64,000 nt of DNA from Candidatus Marinacidobacterales bacterium (GCA_965237955.1 OZ250169.1:4000001-4064000), one strand, 5' to 3'. Numbered from the stretch's first letter, positions 1-11,288 are shown. The notes: generated from the letters alone by a model not told the origin. A program made the numbers and translations.

Positions 1-1
1 T

Positions 2-700
2 GCGTTCTCGAGCACGAGCCCGGTGTTCGAGCCGGGCGCCTACGACCAGCGCGAAACGGAAGCGATCTTCGGGGCGAAGGAGCCTTACCTTCCGCTCGCG
101 GCGCGACCCGACGTGGTGGCCTTCCAGACCGCGCCTCTCGACGAGGCGGTCGAGGTCGTTGGGCCGATTGTCGTAAAGCTCTATGTTTCATCGACCGCGG
201 TCGACACCGATTTCACCGTCAAGCTCGTGGACGTTCATCCACCTTCGGAGGACTACCCGCGAGGTTTCGCCATGAACCTCACGGACGGTATTCTCAGAAC
301 GCGCTATCGGAGCTCGGCGGAACGCCAGGAGCTCATGACGCCGGACGAGGTTTACGAAATCACGGTGGAGCCTTTTCCCACTGCGAACGTTTTCGGCAAA
401 GGTCACCGCATCCGGCTCGACGTATCGAGCAGCAACTTCCCGCGGTTCGACGTGAACCCCAACACGGGCGAGCCGCTCGGCGCCCATCGACGCTCAATGT
501 CCGCGGACAACGCCATCTATCACGACGACGCCCACCCCTCGCACGTCGTGCTGCCCATCGTGCCTGTGCCTTGGTGCACAACTCGCGATCTCGGTCCACA
601 ATTGTCCTTTACTCACGGATTCGAGGTTCCCCATGAGCATTTTCAAACGCACTCAGCGGAAGTATGTGAAGAAGGCCTATCGCGTGAGGAATTGGCGTGA
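2..700 (+). CDS. CocE/NonD family hydrolase, C-terminal part (5' end outside window); natural end at about 566 is fused to IS sequence
   Basis: DTDFTVKLVDV, GHRIRLDVSSSNFPRFDVNPNTG and HPSHVVLPIV match the PepX_C/CocE C-terminal domain. Codons after 566 are read from the IS5 end. Confidence 0.85.
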   Translation, partial: AFSSTSPVFEPGAYDQRETEAIFGAKEPYLPLAARPDVVAFQTAPLDEAVEVVGPIVVKLYVSSTAVDTDFTVKLVDVHPPSEDYPRGFAMNLTDGILRTRYRSSAERQELMTPDEVYEITVEPFPTANVFGKGHRIRLDVSSSNFPRFDVNPNTGEPLGAHRRSMSADNAIYHDDAHPSHVVLPIVPVPWCTTRDLGPQLSFTHGFEVPHEHFQTHSAEVCEEGLSREELA

Positions 701-1088
701 ATATGAGGCGGGTCTACGCAACCGTGGGAGCCTGACCGTCTGGATCTCGCTCACCGCCGGCAAGCTTGTGAACTGGGACGCGCCCCGGCCGAGGAGGAGG
801 AAACCGGGCCGTCAACGCAAGTACTCGAACCACGCCATCGAGACGGCTGTCACCCTGGGCATGGTGTTTCATCTGTCATCTAGGCAGAGCGAGGGATTAC
901 TGCGATCGTTGTTCGCTCTGATGAAGCTAGACAATGATGTGCCCGATCACACCACGATCTCGAGGCGCAAGGCGAAGCTGGGTAAGGTCCCCTTCTACCA
1001 AGACAAGCAGAAGACGCCGTTGCACATCTTGATCGACAGCAGCGGTCTCGCTGTCCACGCCGGCCAGCTGCGCAGAGCACCAAAGAGC
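567..1088 (+). mobile_element. IS5-family (IS903 group) element, truncated copy 1 (left 522 bp only)
   Basis: Begins with terminal IR TGCCTTGGTGCACAACT. Near-identical to the first half of the full copies and stops exactly where copy 2 begins. Confidence 0.93.
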
Positions 1089-1112
1089 TGCCTTGGTGCA
1101 CAACTCCGATAG
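633..1112 (+). pseudogene. Truncated IS5-family transposase
   Basis: Same N-terminus as the 321-aa transposase (YRVRNWREYEAGLRNRGSLTVW), cut after ...RRAPKS. Confidence 0.92.
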
Positions 1113-2175
1113 AGGCCGAGAGCTCGCTTGGCCCCGACTCCCATCATCCGATCATCTCGCTATCAGGCATCCCGAGCGCCGTCATCGTGTTGAGAATCTT
1201 GCACCCGATCCTTGCCCCGACTCTCTGTGCCGCCAACCCTCTCGCTCGCATCGCTGAGCCCACGATAGCCTTGTAGCGATGGAACGTTGTCTCGACTTTG
1301 CTCCGTTTGCTGTAGCCCGATTCTGTGTGCCACTTTCGTTTGCCGAGCCGAGCTTGTGCTGCAATGTTGCGATTGCGCTGTCGGCTGCTCGCCGGCCCCG
1401 ATGCGAGCTGGGCGCCCTTGCGCGGCGGTATCAGCACCCTCGGCGAGCAATGAGCGCTGTGATTCTCGATTGCCTCATAGACGCCGCCGGCGTCGTATGC
1501 GGTGTCAGCTCTGGCAGATGAGATGGGACTGTCGATCTGTCCGACAAGCGATGCAACCCGCGATGAATCGCGGGCTCTTTTGCTCGTCAGCTCGCCGGCG
1601 ACGACTTCGCCACTCTGCTCGTCGACACACAGATGGAGCTTGCGATAGTCCCTGCTCTTTGGTGCTCTGCGCAGCTGGCCGGCGTGGACAGCGAGACCGC
1701 TGCTGTCGATCAAGATGTGCAACGGCGTCTTCTGCTTGTCTTGGTAGAAGGGGACCTTACCCAGCTTCGCCTTGCGCCTCGAGATCGTGGTGTGATCGGG
1801 CACATCATTGTCTAGCTTCATCAGAGCGAACAACGATCGCAGCAATCCCTCGCTCTGCCTAGATGACAGATGAAACACCATGCCCAGGGTGACAGCCGTC
1901 TCGATGGCGTGGTTCGAGTACTTGCGTTGACGGCCCGGTTTCCTCCTCCTCGGCCGGGGCGCGTCCCAGTTCACAAGCTTGCCGGCGGTGAGCGAGATCC
2001 AGACGGTCAGGCTCCCACGGTTGCGTAGACCCGCCTCATATTCACGCCAATTCCTCACGCGATAGGCCTTCTTCACATACTTCCGCTGAGTGCGTTTGAA
2101 AATGCTCATGGGGAACCTCGAATCCGTGAGTAAAGGACAATTGTGGACCGAGATCGCGAGTTGTGCACCAAGGCA
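1089..2175 (-). mobile_element. IS5-family (IS903 group) element, full copy 2 (1087 bp)
   Basis: Terminal inverted repeats TGCCTTGGTGCACAACT / AGTTGTGCACCAAGGCA. No flanking direct repeat. Confidence 0.95.
1144..2109 (-). CDS. IS5-family DDE transposase
   Basis: 321 aa. IDSSG, YRKLHL, ADTAYD and YSKRSKVET motifs of IS903-like transposases. Confidence 0.95.
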   Translation of the reverse strand: MSIFKRTQRKYVKKAYRVRNWREYEAGLRNRGSLTVWISLTAGKLVNWDAPRPRRRKPGRQRKYSNHAIETAVTLGMVFHLSSRQSEGLLRSLFALMKLDNDVPDHTTISRRKAKLGKVPFYQDKQKTPLHILIDSSGLAVHAGQLRRAPKSRDYRKLHLCVDEQSGEVVAGELTSKRARDSSRVASLVGQIDSPISSARADTAYDAGGVYEAIENHSAHCSPRVLIPPRKGAQLASGPASSRQRNRNIAAQARLGKRKWHTESGYSKRSKVETTFHRYKAIVGSAMRARGLAAQRVGARIGCKILNTMTALGMPDSEMIG

Positions 2176-2267
2176 CCGGCTCGGTGGTGACCGCGGTCAG
2201 CTCGACAACGAAGAGCACCCGCTACCGCCGCCCGGACCGCAGCTCAAGTGCCCGGTATGCGTGAAGG

Positions 2268-3938
2268 TTACCGAGTAACCGCACCCTCCGACGCCGACGC
2301 CACCAGCTTCGCGTACTTGGCGAGCACACCTTTGTTGTAACGTGACTCACGAATCTCGAGCGAGTCGCGGCGCGCTTCGAGATCGGCATCGACGTCGAGC
2401 CGCCGCGCATCCACGTCAAGAGTGATGGTGTCGCCGTCTTGGACGAGTGCGATCGGGCCGGAATCCGCCGCCTCGGGCACGATGTGCCCGACCATGAATC
2501 CATGCGTCGCGCCGCTGAAGCGGCCATCGGTGATGAGCGCGACGTCATCGCCAAGACCTTGTCCAATGAGCGCGGCGGTGACACCGAGCATCTCCCGCAT
2601 GCCGGGACCACCCTTGGGACCTTCGTAGCGGATCACGACGACGTCACCCGCGACGATCTTCTTGTCTTGAACCGCGGCGAACGCGTCTTCCTCGCAGTCG
2701 AAGACTCGAGCCGGGCCCGAATGCTTCACCCGATCATGGCCGGCAAGCTTGACGACCGAGCCGCCCGGCGCGAGCGAACCGCGTAGGATCGCAATGCCGC
2801 CCCGAGGTTTGATGGGCTGGTCGAGCGCACGGATGACTTCCTGACCGGTGCTCTCGGCTGCTGATTCCGCTTCCTCTCTCAGCGTTTTGCCCGTCACCGT
2901 CAGCTCGTCGTTCACGTAGCCGCCGTCGAACAACCGCTTCGCGAGAAGCCGCAGCCCGCCGGCGCGATCGACGTCGGGTGCGGTGAAACGGCCGCCCGGC
3001 TTCAGGTCAGCGAGGACAGGAGTTTTCTCCGAGATGCGGTCGAAGTCGTCGATCGAAAGATCCACCTCGGCTTCCCTCGCGATCGCGAGCAAATGCAACA
3101 CTCCGTTCGTCGACCCCGCCGTCGCGGCGACCGATGCGATGGCATTCTCGAGCCCCGTCCGCGTGATGATCTTGCGCGCCGTGGTTCCGTCTTCGACGAG
3201 CTTCATCACCAGCTCGCCGCACCGATAGGCCGCTGGTCCCTTGCGCTCGTCGACGGCCGGGATATCGTTGGCACCCATCGGTGAGATGCCCAAAAACGTC
3301 ATGGCTGTCGACATCGTGTTCGCGGTGAACTGCCCGCCGCACGCTCCCGCACCCGGGCAAGCCACGTCTTCGAGAGAACGCAGCTCTTTGTCGGTGATGA
3401 GCCCCGCGGCGCAAGCGCCCACCGCTTCGAACACGTCCTGGATAGTGACGTCTTTGTCCCGGAAGCGGCCCGGCATGATGGAGCCGCCGTAAAGCATCAG
3501 CGACGGCAGGTCGAGCCGCACGAGGGCCATGACCGTTCCCGGGATCGTCTTGTCGCATCCGGAGAGCGCCACGACGCCGTCCATCATGTGCCCGTTCACG
3601 ACGAGCTCGATCGAATCCGCCACGATTTCACGTGACACGAGTGAAGCGCGCATGCCTTCCGAGCCCATGGCAATGCCGTCGGAAACCGTGATCGTGTTGA
3701 ACTCGATGGGCGTTCCGCCCGCGGCACGGATGCCTTTCTTCACGTGAACGGCGAGATCCCGCAGGTGCACGTTGCACGGCGTGACTTCGCTCCAGGTGTT
3801 GGCCACACCGATGAGCGGCTTTTCCAGATCCGCGTCGGTGAGCCCCATGGCTTTGAACATCGCCCGCGCAGGAGCGCGCGAGGCACCTTTTTTGATGGCG
3901 TCGCTTCTCATGGTCTTTTGAGCTCCAGGAGGATTCAT
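2268..3938 (-). CDS. ilvD: Dihydroxy-acid dehydratase
   Basis: [43 protein letters not shown] and TDGRFSG motifs. Confidence 0.96.
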   Translation of the reverse strand: MNPPGAQKTMRSDAIKKGASRAPARAMFKAMGLTDADLEKPLIGVANTWSEVTPCNVHLRDLAVHVKKGIRAAGGTPIEFNTITVSDGIAMGSEGMRASLVSREIVADSIELVVNGHMMDGVVALSGCDKTIPGTVMALVRLDLPSLMLYGGSIMPGRFRDKDVTIQDVFEAVGACAAGLITDKELRSLEDVACPGAGACGGQFTANTMSTAMTFLGISPMGANDIPAVDERKGPAAYRCGELVMKLVEDGTTARKIITRTGLENAIASVAATAGSTNGVLHLLAIAREAEVDLSIDDFDRISEKTPVLADLKPGGRFTAPDVDRAGGLRLLAKRLFDGGYVNDELTVTGKTLREEAESAAESTGQEVIRALDQPIKPRGGIAILRGSLAPGGSVVKLAGHDRVKHSGPARVFDCEEDAFAAVQDKKIVAGDVVVIRYEGPKGGPGMREMLGVTAALIGQGLGDDVALITDGRFSGATHGFMVGHIVPEAADSGPIALVQDGDTITLDVDARRLDVDADLEARRDSLEIRESRYNKGVLAKYAKLVASASEGAVTR

Positions 3939-4021
3939 GACAAACTTCTATCACAAACTCATGATTTCGGCCGGAGGGAATAAATTCTGCGTTGCGACGT
4001 AGTTCTATAGTTCGGGGCGAA

Positions 4022-4633
4022 ATGCACGAAACGCATGGACAGGTTCGAGCTCTATCAACGGCGCGCCTTCTCCTCGTCCCGGCCCTCATCACGTTGGCGC
4101 TCACCCAGCTGCGCCTAACCGGCGATTTACTAGGCATTTCGGGGTTCGGACCCTATGAAATCGCCTGGCTCGTGCCTATTTTCGGGGCCTATTTCGCCTT
4201 GCACCTGGCCAAGGCCGGGGAAACGGCGCCGCTCCCGGGGAGCCTCTTCAAGAACTCTCTCTTGCCGATGGGGCTCTTCGGCGCAGGCCTTTTGCTGTTC
4301 CACCCCACATCGGGAGGTATGGCCGCAGTCTCGCTCGTCGCCATCGTGTTGATCCGCCGCGCCTGGCCGCGTCTCGGCACCCTGCTCCTGGGCTACGCCC
4401 TCGCCGCCCGGCTGCCCGTCATCATCACGATGCTCGGAGCGACGCTGAACGGGTGGGAAACGGTCTACGACGTGTCGCCCTACAGCGTCCTGGCGGGGCT
4501 CCTCCCCCAACTCACGGTCTGGATCGGTTTCACCGTCGTCGCTGGAAGCTTGGCGGGCTCGATCGCCCTGGCGCTCCGGGGCTGGCTGCGGGACGAGACC
4601 GATCCGTTCGGCGGCTCGGCAGCCACACGCTAG
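4022..4633 (+). CDS. Hypothetical multi-pass membrane protein
   Basis: Several hydrophobic segments; divergent from ilvD. Confidence 0.65.
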   Translation: MHETHGQVRALSTARLLLVPALITLALTQLRLTGDLLGISGFGPYEIAWLVPIFGAYFALHLAKAGETAPLPGSLFKNSLLPMGLFGAGLLLFHPTSGGMAAVSLVAIVLIRRAWPRLGTLLLGYALAARLPVIITMLGATLNGWETVYDVSPYSVLAGLLPQLTVWIGFTVVAGSLAGSIALALRGWLRDETDPFGGSAATR

Positions 4634-4741
4634 CCTGCGCACACGCGTGCGCAGCCACTCCCGAGCCCGCCCGTTGAGCTTGTCCCCCTCTCGAGCGACG
4701 GATATCATGCGTTCCGTCGTTACCTTCAAGGGGAGTCCAAT

Positions 4742-7159
4742 TTGCAACCCACAAACTCCACTCTTTTCGCGCTCGTTCTCGTTTTCCTCTCCTCGCTGGC
4801 GAAGGCCGATGAGCGTCTCGGCATCCCCGGCTTGAAAGCCGACGTCGAGATCCTCACCGACCGCTGGGGCGTCGATCACATCTACGCCGAGAACGAGCAC
4901 GACTTGTTCTTCGCGCAGGGTTACGCCGACGCTCGAAACCGTCTCTTTCAGTTCGAGCTCTGGCGCCGCCAAGCGACGGGAACGGTCGCGGAGATCCTCG
5001 GACGACGCGAGCTCGACCGGGACATCGGAACGCGGCTTCACATGTTCCGCAAGGACATGAGCCAGGAGCTCGCGCACTACCACCCGCGCGGCGAGCTCAT
5101 CATCAATTCCCACGTCGATGGCATCAACGCCTATATCGAGGAGACTGAGCGCAATCCGGGTCTTCTGCCGATGGAGCTCGAGCTCCTCGGGATCAAGCCC
5201 GGCAAGTGGACGCCCGCGGTGGTGATCTCGCGACACCAAGGACTTCTATCAAACGTAACGACCGAGCTCCGTCTCGGCCAAGCGGTCGCCGCGATTGGCG
5301 CGGAGAACGTCAGAGAGCTCGACTGGTTCCGCCCCGGCGATCCCGTGCTCGAGCTCGACCCCGCCATCGATGGAAGGCTTTTAACGGACGACATCCTGCA
5401 CTACTACCGTGCGTTTCGTCGCTCCGTCCAGTTCGAGCCGAGCGACATCGTGGCGGCCTATCGAAGCGAGCCCGCGTCGTACGAGCGTTTGGCCGCGGCG
5501 ACGCGCCAAAGCATCTCGACGGGTGACGGCACCGATGGCACCGGTTCCAACAACTGGGTCGTGAGCGGACGCTACACGCAGTCGGGCTACCCGTACATCG
5601 TCAACGACCCTCATCGGAATCTCAACGCGCCCTCGCTTCGGTACTTCGTTCAACTCCACGCCCCCGGTTGGAACGTGATCGGCGGCGGCGAACCGGCCTT
5701 GCCTGGTATTTCGATTGGGCATAACGAGTACGGCGGCTGGGGGCTGACCGTTTTCGGTCAGGACAACGAAGACCTCTACGTCTATGATACGAACCCGTCC
5801 AATCCGAACCAGTATCGCTACCTCGGCGGCTGGGAGGACATGCGCATCATCGAAGAGACCATCGCGATCCAAGGTGAGTCTCCGGAGACGGTCGAGCTCA
5901 AGTACACGCGTCACGGACCCGTTCTTTACGAAGATCGCACGAACCACAAAGCGTACGCACTCCGAGCGGCGTGGATGGAGATTGGAAACTCTCCCTATCT
6001 CGCAAGTCTGCGCATGAATCAGGCGACGACCTGGGAAGAGTTCGTCGAAGCGTGCTCCTATAGCCGCATGCCCGCCGAGAACATGATCTGGGGCGACGTG
6101 AACAAGAACATCGGCTATCAGGCCGTGGGCATCTCCCCCATTCGTCCCAACTGGAGCGGGCTCGTGCCGGTACCCGGAGACGGGCGCTACGAATGGGAGG
6201 GATATCTGCCTATCAACGCGCTCCCGAGCGTGAAGAATCCCGAGAGAGGTTACTGGGCCACTGCCAATAACTACATGGTGCCCGACGACTATCCATATCC
6301 AACGGCGCTCCATTACACCTGGGGCGACGAGATGCGAGGGCTTCGCGCGGATGAGCTCTTATCGTCCGGGCGCCGGTTCACGATCGTGGACATGATGCAG
6401 TTCCAGCATGATGAGCTTTCGATCCCGGCGCGATCGATTGTGCCCTTGCTCGAGCACGTCGAGCTGACGAGCGCGCTCGATCAAAAAGCAGCGGTTGCGC
6501 TCTCCGATTGGGACTTCGTTCTCGATAAGAGCTCGACCGCTGCGGCCATCTACGTCAGCTTCGAGAGGCGCCTTCTCGAGAACGTGCGGAACACCGTGGT
6601 TCCGGAAGAAGCTCGTGCACTCATCCCGAGGATGAACAAGAAGCGCGTCATCGACTGGCTCGTCGCCCCCGACGGCCGCTTCGGCGATGATCCGATCGCG
6701 GGCCGCAACGAGATCCTGCGTCAGAGCCTGTCGGAAGGCGTCGCCGACCTCGTCGAACGGCTCGGCCCGGACAGGTTGCACTGGCAATACGGACAAGAAA
6801 AGTTCAAGCACGTTCTCATCCACCATCCTTTGAGCCCCGCAGTCGACGATGACACGCGCGCGATGCTCGATGTCGGTCCGGCGCCACAGGGCGGGTACGA
6901 TTCCACGCTCAACAACACAGGGGCGGGAGACAACCAGACCGGAGGTCCAAGCTTCCGCGTCATCCTCGATGCGGCGAATTGGGACAACTCCGTTGCCACG
7001 AACGCGCCCGGGCAGTCGGGTGATCCGAGAAGCCCCCACTACTGCGATCTTTTCGATCTCTGGATCGACCACCAGTACTTTCCGCTCTTCTACACGCGAG
7101 CCAAGATCGAGTCGGTCACCGAATCCCGTCTCGTGCTCGAGCCCGCAACCGATCACTAG
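4742..7159 (+). CDS. Penicillin acylase family protein (Ntn hydrolase, S45), secreted
   Basis: Signal peptide, DRWGVDHIYA, autocatalytic GSNNW, NDPH, TRHGP and PGQSGDP motifs. GGAG RBS before the TTG start. Confidence 0.93.
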   Translation: MQPTNSTLFALVLVFLSSLAKADERLGIPGLKADVEILTDRWGVDHIYAENEHDLFFAQGYADARNRLFQFELWRRQATGTVAEILGRRELDRDIGTRLHMFRKDMSQELAHYHPRGELIINSHVDGINAYIEETERNPGLLPMELELLGIKPGKWTPAVVISRHQGLLSNVTTELRLGQAVAAIGAENVRELDWFRPGDPVLELDPAIDGRLLTDDILHYYRAFRRSVQFEPSDIVAAYRSEPASYERLAAATRQSISTGDGTDGTGSNNWVVSGRYTQSGYPYIVNDPHRNLNAPSLRYFVQLHAPGWNVIGGGEPALPGISIGHNEYGGWGLTVFGQDNEDLYVYDTNPSNPNQYRYLGGWEDMRIIEETIAIQGESPETVELKYTRHGPVLYEDRTNHKAYALRAAWMEIGNSPYLASLRMNQATTWEEFVEACSYSRMPAENMIWGDVNKNIGYQAVGISPIRPNWSGLVPVPGDGRYEWEGYLPINALPSVKNPERGYWATANNYMVPDDYPYPTALHYTWGDEMRGLRADELLSSGRRFTIVDMMQFQHDELSIPARSIVPLLEHVELTSALDQKAAVALSDWDFVLDKSSTAAAIYVSFERRLLENVRNTVVPEEARALIPRMNKKRVIDWLVAPDGRFGDDPIAGRNEILRQSLSEGVADLVERLGPDRLHWQYGQEKFKHVLIHHPLSPAVDDDTRAMLDVGPAPQGGYDSTLNNTGAGDNQTGGPSFRVILDAANWDNSVATNAPGQSGDPRSPHYCDLFDLWIDHQYFPLFYTRAKIESVTESRLVLEPATDH

Positions 7160-9196
7160 ATGCCCACGGCCCCCGTCGCCAAAAAAGTCCCGCGGAAGCT
7201 CGAAGCACACGGCGACGTCCGCGAGGATCCTTACTACTGGCTCAACCAACGCGAAGACCCCGAGGTCATCGCCTACCTCGAGGCGGAGAACGAGTACACG
7301 CGCTCGGTGATGGCCCACACCGAAAAGCTCCAGGAGACGCTCTTCGAAGAAATCAAAGGGCGACTCGATCCCGTTGACAGCTCGGTTCCCTACCGCAAAG
7401 ACGATTTCTACTATTACTACCGCTTCGAAGAGGGCAAGGAGTACGCGATCCACTGCCGCAAACGCGGCTCTCTCGACGCTGACGAGGAAATCCTCGCGAA
7501 CGGGAACGCCCTGTCCGAAGGTCACGAGTATTTCTCGCTGCACGTCTCCGGTGTGAGCGTCGACCACAACCTTCTCGCGTACGCGATCGACACGAAAGGC
7601 CGCCGCATCTACGACATTTATTTCAAGACCCTCGGGACCGGCAAGCTTCTCGACGACGTGATCGGAGACGTCACCGGAAGCGTGGCGTGGGCCAGCGACA
7701 ACCAGACGGTCTTCTATTCCAAGCAACACCCCGAGACCCTGCGCGCCCACCAGGTGTACCGGCATCGCCTCGGAACGGACCCTGCGAACGACGTTCTCGT
7801 GTTCGAGGAAACCGATGAGACGTTCCACGTCGACGTGTTCAAAACGAAGTCGAAACGTTTCATCATGATTTCCTCCGATCAGACGCTCACGAGCGAATAC
7901 CGGTTCTTGCCGGCCGACGAGCCGGACGGCGATTTTCGAGTGCTGCAGCCGCGGGAGCGCAAACACGAGTACTCGGCGAGCCACTTCGAAGACCACTTCT
8001 TCATCCTCACCAACGACGACGCCGTGAATTTCCGGCTCATGAAAACGCCGGTCAACAAGCCGGGCAAAGAGCACTGGGAAGAAGTCATCCCTCACCGCGC
8101 CGATGTCCTGCTCGAAACGTTCGCGATGTTTCGTGACTACCTCGTGCTCGTCGAACGACACGAGGGTCTGCGGAAGATTCGCATCCGGCCTTGGGACGGC
8201 TCCGACGAGCATTATCTGGAGTTCGATGAGCCGGCGTACTACGCGTACCTGACGCAGAACGTCGAGTTCGACACGACCCTATTGCGGTTCGCGTATACGT
8301 CGATGACCGTACCGCGATCGACGTATGACCACGACATGAAGACCCGAGAGAGAACGCTTCTGAAGCAGGACAAAGTTCTCGGGGACTTCGACCAGAGCCG
8401 CTACGTCACCGAGCGGCTCGCGGTGAGGGCCGAAGACGGCGTCTCGGTCCCAATCTCTCTCGTCTATCGAAAAGACACCGAGCTCGATGGCAACGCGCCG
8501 CTCTTGCTCTACGGCTACGGCTCCTACGGCATCAGTATGGAAGCGACGTTCGCGGCGGCGCGGCTCAGCCTTCTCGACCGCGGCTTCGTGTACGCGATCG
8601 CTCACATCCGAGGAGGTGAGGATCTCGGCCGGCCGTGGTACGACCACGGCAAGCTTCTCGAGAAGAAGCACACGTTCACCGATTTCATTGCCTGTGCCGA
8701 GCACCTCATCGCGAAAGGTTACGCGGACCGCAAACGACTCTTCGCCTCGGGTGGAAGCGCCGGCGGGCTCTTGATGGGGGTGGTCATAAACTTGCGGCCC
8801 GAGCTCTTCTCGGGGATCGTCGCCGAAGTTCCGTTCGTCGACGTCGTCACCACGATGCTCGACGACACCATTCCTCTCACGACCGGTGAGTACGACGAAT
8901 GGGGCAACCCGAACGACAAGAAGTTCTACGACTACATCCTGTCGTACTCGCCCTACGACAACGTCGAGCCGAAGGCTTACCCTAATCTTCTCGTAACAAC
9001 AGGTCTTCACGACTCCCAGGTTCAATATTGGGAGCCCGCGAAGTGGGTCGCCAAACTGCGCGCGATGAAAACCGACGACAACCGTTTGGTGATGAAAACG
9101 AACATGGACGCCGGGCACGGCGGCGCCTCGGGCCGCTTCAAGCGGTATCGCGAGACGGCGCTCGCCTACGCGTTCCTGCTCGATTTGGTGAAATGA
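7160..9196 (+). CDS. ptrB: Oligopeptidase B (S9A)
   Basis: DPYYWL N-terminus, YGYGSYG, HIRGG, catalytic GGSAGG, HDSQVQYWEPAKW and GHGG. Confidence 0.93.
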   Translation: MPTAPVAKKVPRKLEAHGDVREDPYYWLNQREDPEVIAYLEAENEYTRSVMAHTEKLQETLFEEIKGRLDPVDSSVPYRKDDFYYYYRFEEGKEYAIHCRKRGSLDADEEILANGNALSEGHEYFSLHVSGVSVDHNLLAYAIDTKGRRIYDIYFKTLGTGKLLDDVIGDVTGSVAWASDNQTVFYSKQHPETLRAHQVYRHRLGTDPANDVLVFEETDETFHVDVFKTKSKRFIMISSDQTLTSEYRFLPADEPDGDFRVLQPRERKHEYSASHFEDHFFILTNDDAVNFRLMKTPVNKPGKEHWEEVIPHRADVLLETFAMFRDYLVLVERHEGLRKIRIRPWDGSDEHYLEFDEPAYYAYLTQNVEFDTTLLRFAYTSMTVPRSTYDHDMKTRERTLLKQDKVLGDFDQSRYVTERLAVRAEDGVSVPISLVYRKDTELDGNAPLLLYGYGSYGISMEATFAAARLSLLDRGFVYAIAHIRGGEDLGRPWYDHGKLLEKKHTFTDFIACAEHLIAKGYADRKRLFASGGSAGGLLMGVVINLRPELFSGIVAEVPFVDVVTTMLDDTIPLTTGEYDEWGNPNDKKFYDYILSYSPYDNVEPKAYPNLLVTTGLHDSQVQYWEPAKWVAKLRAMKTDDNRLVMKTNMDAGHGGASGRFKRYRETALAYAFLLDLVK

Positions 9197-9564
9197 CTAT
9201 CGAGCCCGATCACGAACGCTACGTCAACCTCGCGACGTTGCGAAAAGACGGCACCGAAGTGAGAACGCCGGTCTGGATCGCCGCCGCCGAAGGCGTGCCT
9301 GTCGTCTACACGAACGCGACATCGTGGAAAGTAAAGCGAATCCGCAACAACGCACAAGTTCGCCTTGCACCATGCACCGCGCGCGGAGACATTCGCGGCG
9401 ACTGGGTGGACGCGACCGCACGGATCGTCGACGACGACGCGGGCCGCGACCGTGGCATCCAGGCTTTCGTCAAGAAATACGGCTGGCAAATGCGTCTAGC
9501 ACTTTTCATGTCGCGCCTTTCGGGCCGCTACGACGATAGAGCCATCATCGAGTTCGAGTTCTAG
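9193..9564 (+). CDS. PPOX-class (F420/FMN split-barrel) oxidoreductase
   Basis: YVNLATLRKDG..TPVW..KVKRIRNN..APC..KKYG pattern. ATGA overlap with the ptrB stop. Confidence 0.85.
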   Translation: MTIEPDHERYVNLATLRKDGTEVRTPVWIAAAEGVPVVYTNATSWKVKRIRNNAQVRLAPCTARGDIRGDWVDATARIVDDDAGRDRGIQAFVKKYGWQMRLALFMSRLSGRYDDRAIIEFEF

Positions 9565-9721
9565 CATAATAATCAACTTGACATAACATTCCGATGGGCA
9601 GAGCGTTCTCCTCACGGTTTTCGAGGGCCATCGCCGGCTGCTTGACTCCGCGATCCAAAGCTCTCGACTCCCCGGAAGAGTCATCGGTTCCGTCCAAAGC
9701 GCCCGTCGACGACCGGGTATA

Positions 9722-10200
9722 ATGCCCGGCATCGTGCACAACGACCTGGTTCACGCCAACCAATTGCAAGCGAATCTCGGGCGTGAGGACTGGGCCATCG
9801 TCGACACGCGCTTTTATCTGCCGGAACCCGACCGGGGCGCTGCCGAATACGTCGAGGCCCACATCCCTGGTGCGATCTACGCGCATCTCGACCGCGATCT
9901 TTCCGGACCTCCAACTGGCACGAACGGACGTCACCCCATGCCGAGCGTCGAGCAGATGGTCGACCGCTTCTCGAAGTGGGGCATCGACGACGACGTTCAA
10001 GTCGTCGTCTACGACAACGCCGGCGGTCAGATCGCGTCGAGGCTCTGGTGGATGCTCCGTTATCTCGGCCACGACGCGGTGGCGGTGCTCGACGGCGGAC
10101 TACCGGTGTTCGGCAGAGAGCTACGCGGAGGACACGAGGAGCGCACGCCACGGAGCTTTACTCCGCAGGTGCAAGACGCCATGCGTATCGACATCGACGC
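9722..10200 (+). pseudogene. Sulfurtransferase (SseA-type rhodanese), truncated by IS5 copy 3
   Basis: HIPGA, GRHPMP, RLWWML and VLDGG form the first rhodanese domain. The catalytic second domain is missing after the IS junction. Confidence 0.88.
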
Positions 10201-11288
10201 TGCCTTGGTGCACAACTCCGATAGAGGCCCGAGAGCTCGCTTGGCCCCGACTCCCATCATCCGATCATCTCGCTATCAGGCATCCCGAGCGCCGTCATCG
10301 TGTTGAGAATCTTACACCCGATCCTTGCCTCGACTCTCTGTGCCGCCAACCCTCTCGCTCGCATCGCTGAGCCCACGATAGCCTTGTAGCGATGGAACGT
10401 TGTCTCGACTTTGCTCCGTTTGCTGTAGCCCGATTCTGTGTGCCACTTTCGTTTGCCGAGCCGAGCTTGTGCTGCAATGTTGCGATTGCGCTGTCGGCTG
10501 CTCGCCGGCCCCGATGCGAGCTGGGCGCCCTTGCGCGGCGGTATCAGCACCCTCGGCGAGCAATGAGCGCTGTGATTCTCGATCGCCTCATAGACGCCGC
10601 CGGCGTCGTATGCGGTGTCAGCTCTGGCCGATGAGATGGGACTGTCGATCTGTCCGACAAGCGATGCAACCCGCGATGAATCGCGGGCTCTTTTGCTCGT
10701 CAGCTCGCCGGCGACGACTTCGCCACTCTGCTCGTCGACACACAGATGGAGCTTGCGATAGTCCCTGCTCTTTGGTGCTCTGCGCAGCTGGCCGGCGTGG
10801 ACAGCGAGACCGCTGCTGTCGATCAAGATGTGCAACGGCGTCTTCTGCTTGTCTTGGTAGAAGGGGACCTTACCCAGCTTCGCCTTGCGCCTCGAGATCG
10901 TGGTGTGATCGGGCACATCATTGTCTAGCTTCATCAGAGCGAACAACGATCGCAGCAATCCCTCGCTCTGCCTAGATGACAGATGAAACACCATGCCCAG
11001 GGTGACAGCCGTCTCGATGGCGTGGTTCGAGTACTTGCGTTGACGGCCCGGTTTCCTCCTCCTCGGCCGGGGCGCGTCCCAGTTCACAAGCTTGCCGGCG
11101 GTGAGCGAGATCCAGACGGTCAGGCTCCCACGGTTGCGTAGACCCGCCTCATATTCACGCCAATTCCTCACGCGATAGGCCTTCTTCACATACTTCCGCT
11201 GAGTGCGTTTGAAAATGCTCATGGGGAACCTCGAATCCGTGAGTAAAGGACAATTGTGGACCGAGATCGCGAGTTGTGCACCAAGGCA
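10201..11288 (-). mobile_element. IS5-family (IS903 group) element, full copy 3
   Basis: Same terminal IRs as copy 2 and near-identical sequence. No target duplication. Confidence 0.95.
10257..11222 (-). CDS. IS5-family DDE transposase
   Basis: 321-aa protein from ATG 11222, essentially identical to the other copies. Confidence 0.95.
   Translation of the reverse strand: MSIFKRTQRKYVKKAYRVRNWREYEAGLRNRGSLTVWISLTAGKLVNWDAPRPRRRKPGRQRKYSNHAIETAVTLGMVFHLSSRQSEGLLRSLFALMKLDNDVPDHTTISRRKAKLGKVPFYQDKQKTPLHILIDSSGLAVHAGQLRRAPKSRDYRKLHLCVDEQSGEVVAGELTSKRARDSSRVASLVGQIDSPISSARADTAYDAGGVYEAIENHSAHCSPRVLIPPRKGAQLASGPASSRQRNRNIAAQARLGKRKWHTESGYSKRSKVETTFHRYKAIVGSAMRARGLAAQRVEARIGCKILNTMTALGMPDSEMIG

Noticed and set aside
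4130-9118. Long antisense ORFs (for example 6359-8212; likewise 25424-26701, 26289-27968, 56629-57972, 58001-59173)
   Set aside because: These are shadow frames opposite well-supported genes, expected in high-GC DNA, and have no recognisable motifs.
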